A stretch of DNA of 36,901 nt from IMG/VR virus record IMGVR_UViG_3300032225_001413, positions 1 to 36,901 of that record; one strand, 5' to 3'. The stretch comes from a virus. Its lineage: Duplodnaviria > Caudoviricetes. A program made the translations under genes and the position numbers. Shown one piece after another: positions 35,684-36,901 of the stretch. The notes beneath the pieces are model-generated. The model did not search any database. It was given only the letters and a program-made list of their open reading frames with translations, and was not told where the DNA came from. Each line of letters opens with the position of its first letter. Within the stretch, counting starts at the first letter, position 1.

Positions 35684-36901
35684 TATCTCCACCTCGGTTC
35701 GTACGTCGTCGCGACGGCAAGCGTGTTGACGTAGCCGCTCGACCCAGCCAGCGCCGCGAATTCGCTTTCGGTGTAGCCGCTCGTCGTCGTTCCGTCGACC
35801 GTTGTAGCGGCAGGGTCAGCCACGATGTAGTCGATGCCGCCGGCAATTACGAACGCTGGCGCTGCCGTGATCGTGATCTGTGTTGCCGATACGCGCGCGA
35901 CCACCGTCGTTGAATGGTAGACGGCGCCGCTGATATCGTAGATCCGTACTGCCTGACCAGGGAAGTAATCATCTGCCGGCGACGTACCAGATACTTCTGG
36001 CCCGGTCGTCGCAAGCGTCAACGTCGTTGCAGCGATCGACGAAATGACGGCACCAGGCGAGACGACAAGCGCCTTGTCGAAGACGAGCAAACGCACATCC
36101 ACACGGCCTGCGTCGTAGCGTGGGCGGCGAGAGACAACGCGGCACTGCGCGCCCGCCAGCGTACCGCCTCGCATATCGGGCAAGCCTGAGAAGGCGTCAG
36201 GCAAGCCCGAAAGTGTGACGACGTCGCCGATGCGCAGGCCCAGGTGCGCCATCGTCAGCGACAGCGAGACATAGCGGCGCGCAAGGCCATTGTCCCCGCG
36301 TTGGATGTCGGCGGCAATCGTCTGAAGTTCCCCGATCGTCACCGATGCGGGGTTGACGTATTTGTTCGGTCGAAATCCGGGATAGTCGGCGACACCGAGC
36401 GTGCGGAATTCGAGTTCCTGCCGCTCTTGCGTACGCGGGTACCGCTTGGCGGTTGCCGTATCGATCAGGTTGATTTCAACGCGGAAGTCTCCATCCGTTG
36501 GCGAGTAATCGCACCGAGCCGTCGCGATCGGGTAGATTGTGCTTTCGTCGGCGATGACCTCGATCCGACTATCGGGGATAATCGAGTTGGTACCCAACGT
36601 CGTCGTCGACGTTACGCGCGGCGTCGCAAGCTGAAAGACTGAAAGCTTACCGTCGTACGTGATGCGCGTAGCCGCCCCATTTAGTCGGCTCCATTCACGC
36701 AGGACATCGCTAGCCTTCTGCTCTTTGTCGACGACGACGTTGAACGGTCGCGTAAATGGGAAAGCTTCCCATGATGCGACGTCGACCTCGGAGACGGCGA
36801 ACGCGGCGCCAAAACGCCAACCCGGATCGGTGGCGGTCTGCAAACGGCCCGGAAGCTGATCGTATGTCGTCGCCGCTTGGCCCTCTTTCGAGATGAGTAG
36901 A
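35683..36901 (-). CDS. Tail tip/hub protein, 3' part (continues from 1..1139)
   Basis: Open frame through the junction; LRIGDVVTL...VVSR OB-like motif typical of tail hub proteins. Confidence 0.8.
   Translation of the reverse strand, partial: LLISKEGQAATTYDQLPGRLQTATDPGWRFGAAFAVSEVDVASWEAFPFTRPFNVVVDKEQKASDVLREWSRLNGAATRITYDGKLSVFQLATPRVTSTTTLGTNSIIPDSRIEVIADESTIYPIATARCDYSPTDGDFRVEINLIDTATAKRYPRTQERQELEFRTLGVADYPGFRPNKYVNPASVTIGELQTIAADIQRGDNGLARRYVSLSLTMAHLGLRIGDVVTLSGLPDAFSGLPDMRGGTLAGAQCRVVSRRPRYDAGRVDVRLLVFDKALVVSPGAVISSIAATTLTLATTGPEVSGTSPADDYFPGQAVRIYDISGAVYHSTTVVARVSATQITITAAPAFVIAGGIDYIVADPAATTVDGTTTSGYTESEFAALAGSSGYVNTLAVATTYEPRWR
36779..36901. repeat. Terminal direct repeat, copy 2 (assembly overlap)
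   Basis: Identical to 1-123 and lies inside a coding sequence. Confidence 0.97.

Overview
The window is a complete, circularly closed genome of a high-GC (roughly 65% by eye) tailed dsDNA phage. Bases 1-123 are identical to 36779-36901, so the unit length is 36,778 bp, and one tail gene is split by the junction. The minus strand carries a long virion operon: terS, terL, portal, MuF-like minor head protein, tail-completion protein, scaffold, major capsid, decoration/head-spike genes, lysis-like genes, metallophosphoesterase, neck, tail tube, Gly-rich fibre, tail chaperone with a -1 frameshift, tape measure and tail tip. No sheath gene is visible, so it is probably a siphovirus with a short tail. 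The minus strand also carries a replication block (RadD-like SF2 helicase, primase-helicase, RecD/Dda-like SF1B helicase). The plus strand carries an early block (Sak4-like ATPase, DUF669-like SSB, HTH proteins, RusA-like resolvase, PD-(D/E)XK exonuclease, orphan amino-methyltransferase). I recognised no integrase, DNA polymerase, tRNA, CRISPR array or reverse transcriptase. The most unusual observations are: (1) three coupled genes resembling a head-spike base/fibre module whose products carry signal-peptide-like N-termini and even numbers of cysteines, suggesting exported, disulfide-folded virion decoration; (2) a predicted ~65-nt counter-transcribed RNA with its own promoter and terminator just upstream of the primase; (3) mirror-image divergent promoters and recurring CAGATC boxes; (4) a helicase ending in a slippage-prone tandem repeat and an SSB-like DDLPF tip; (5) a 2+1 repeated module in the tail-tip proteins. 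All family assignments come from motif recognition by eye; no searches were run.
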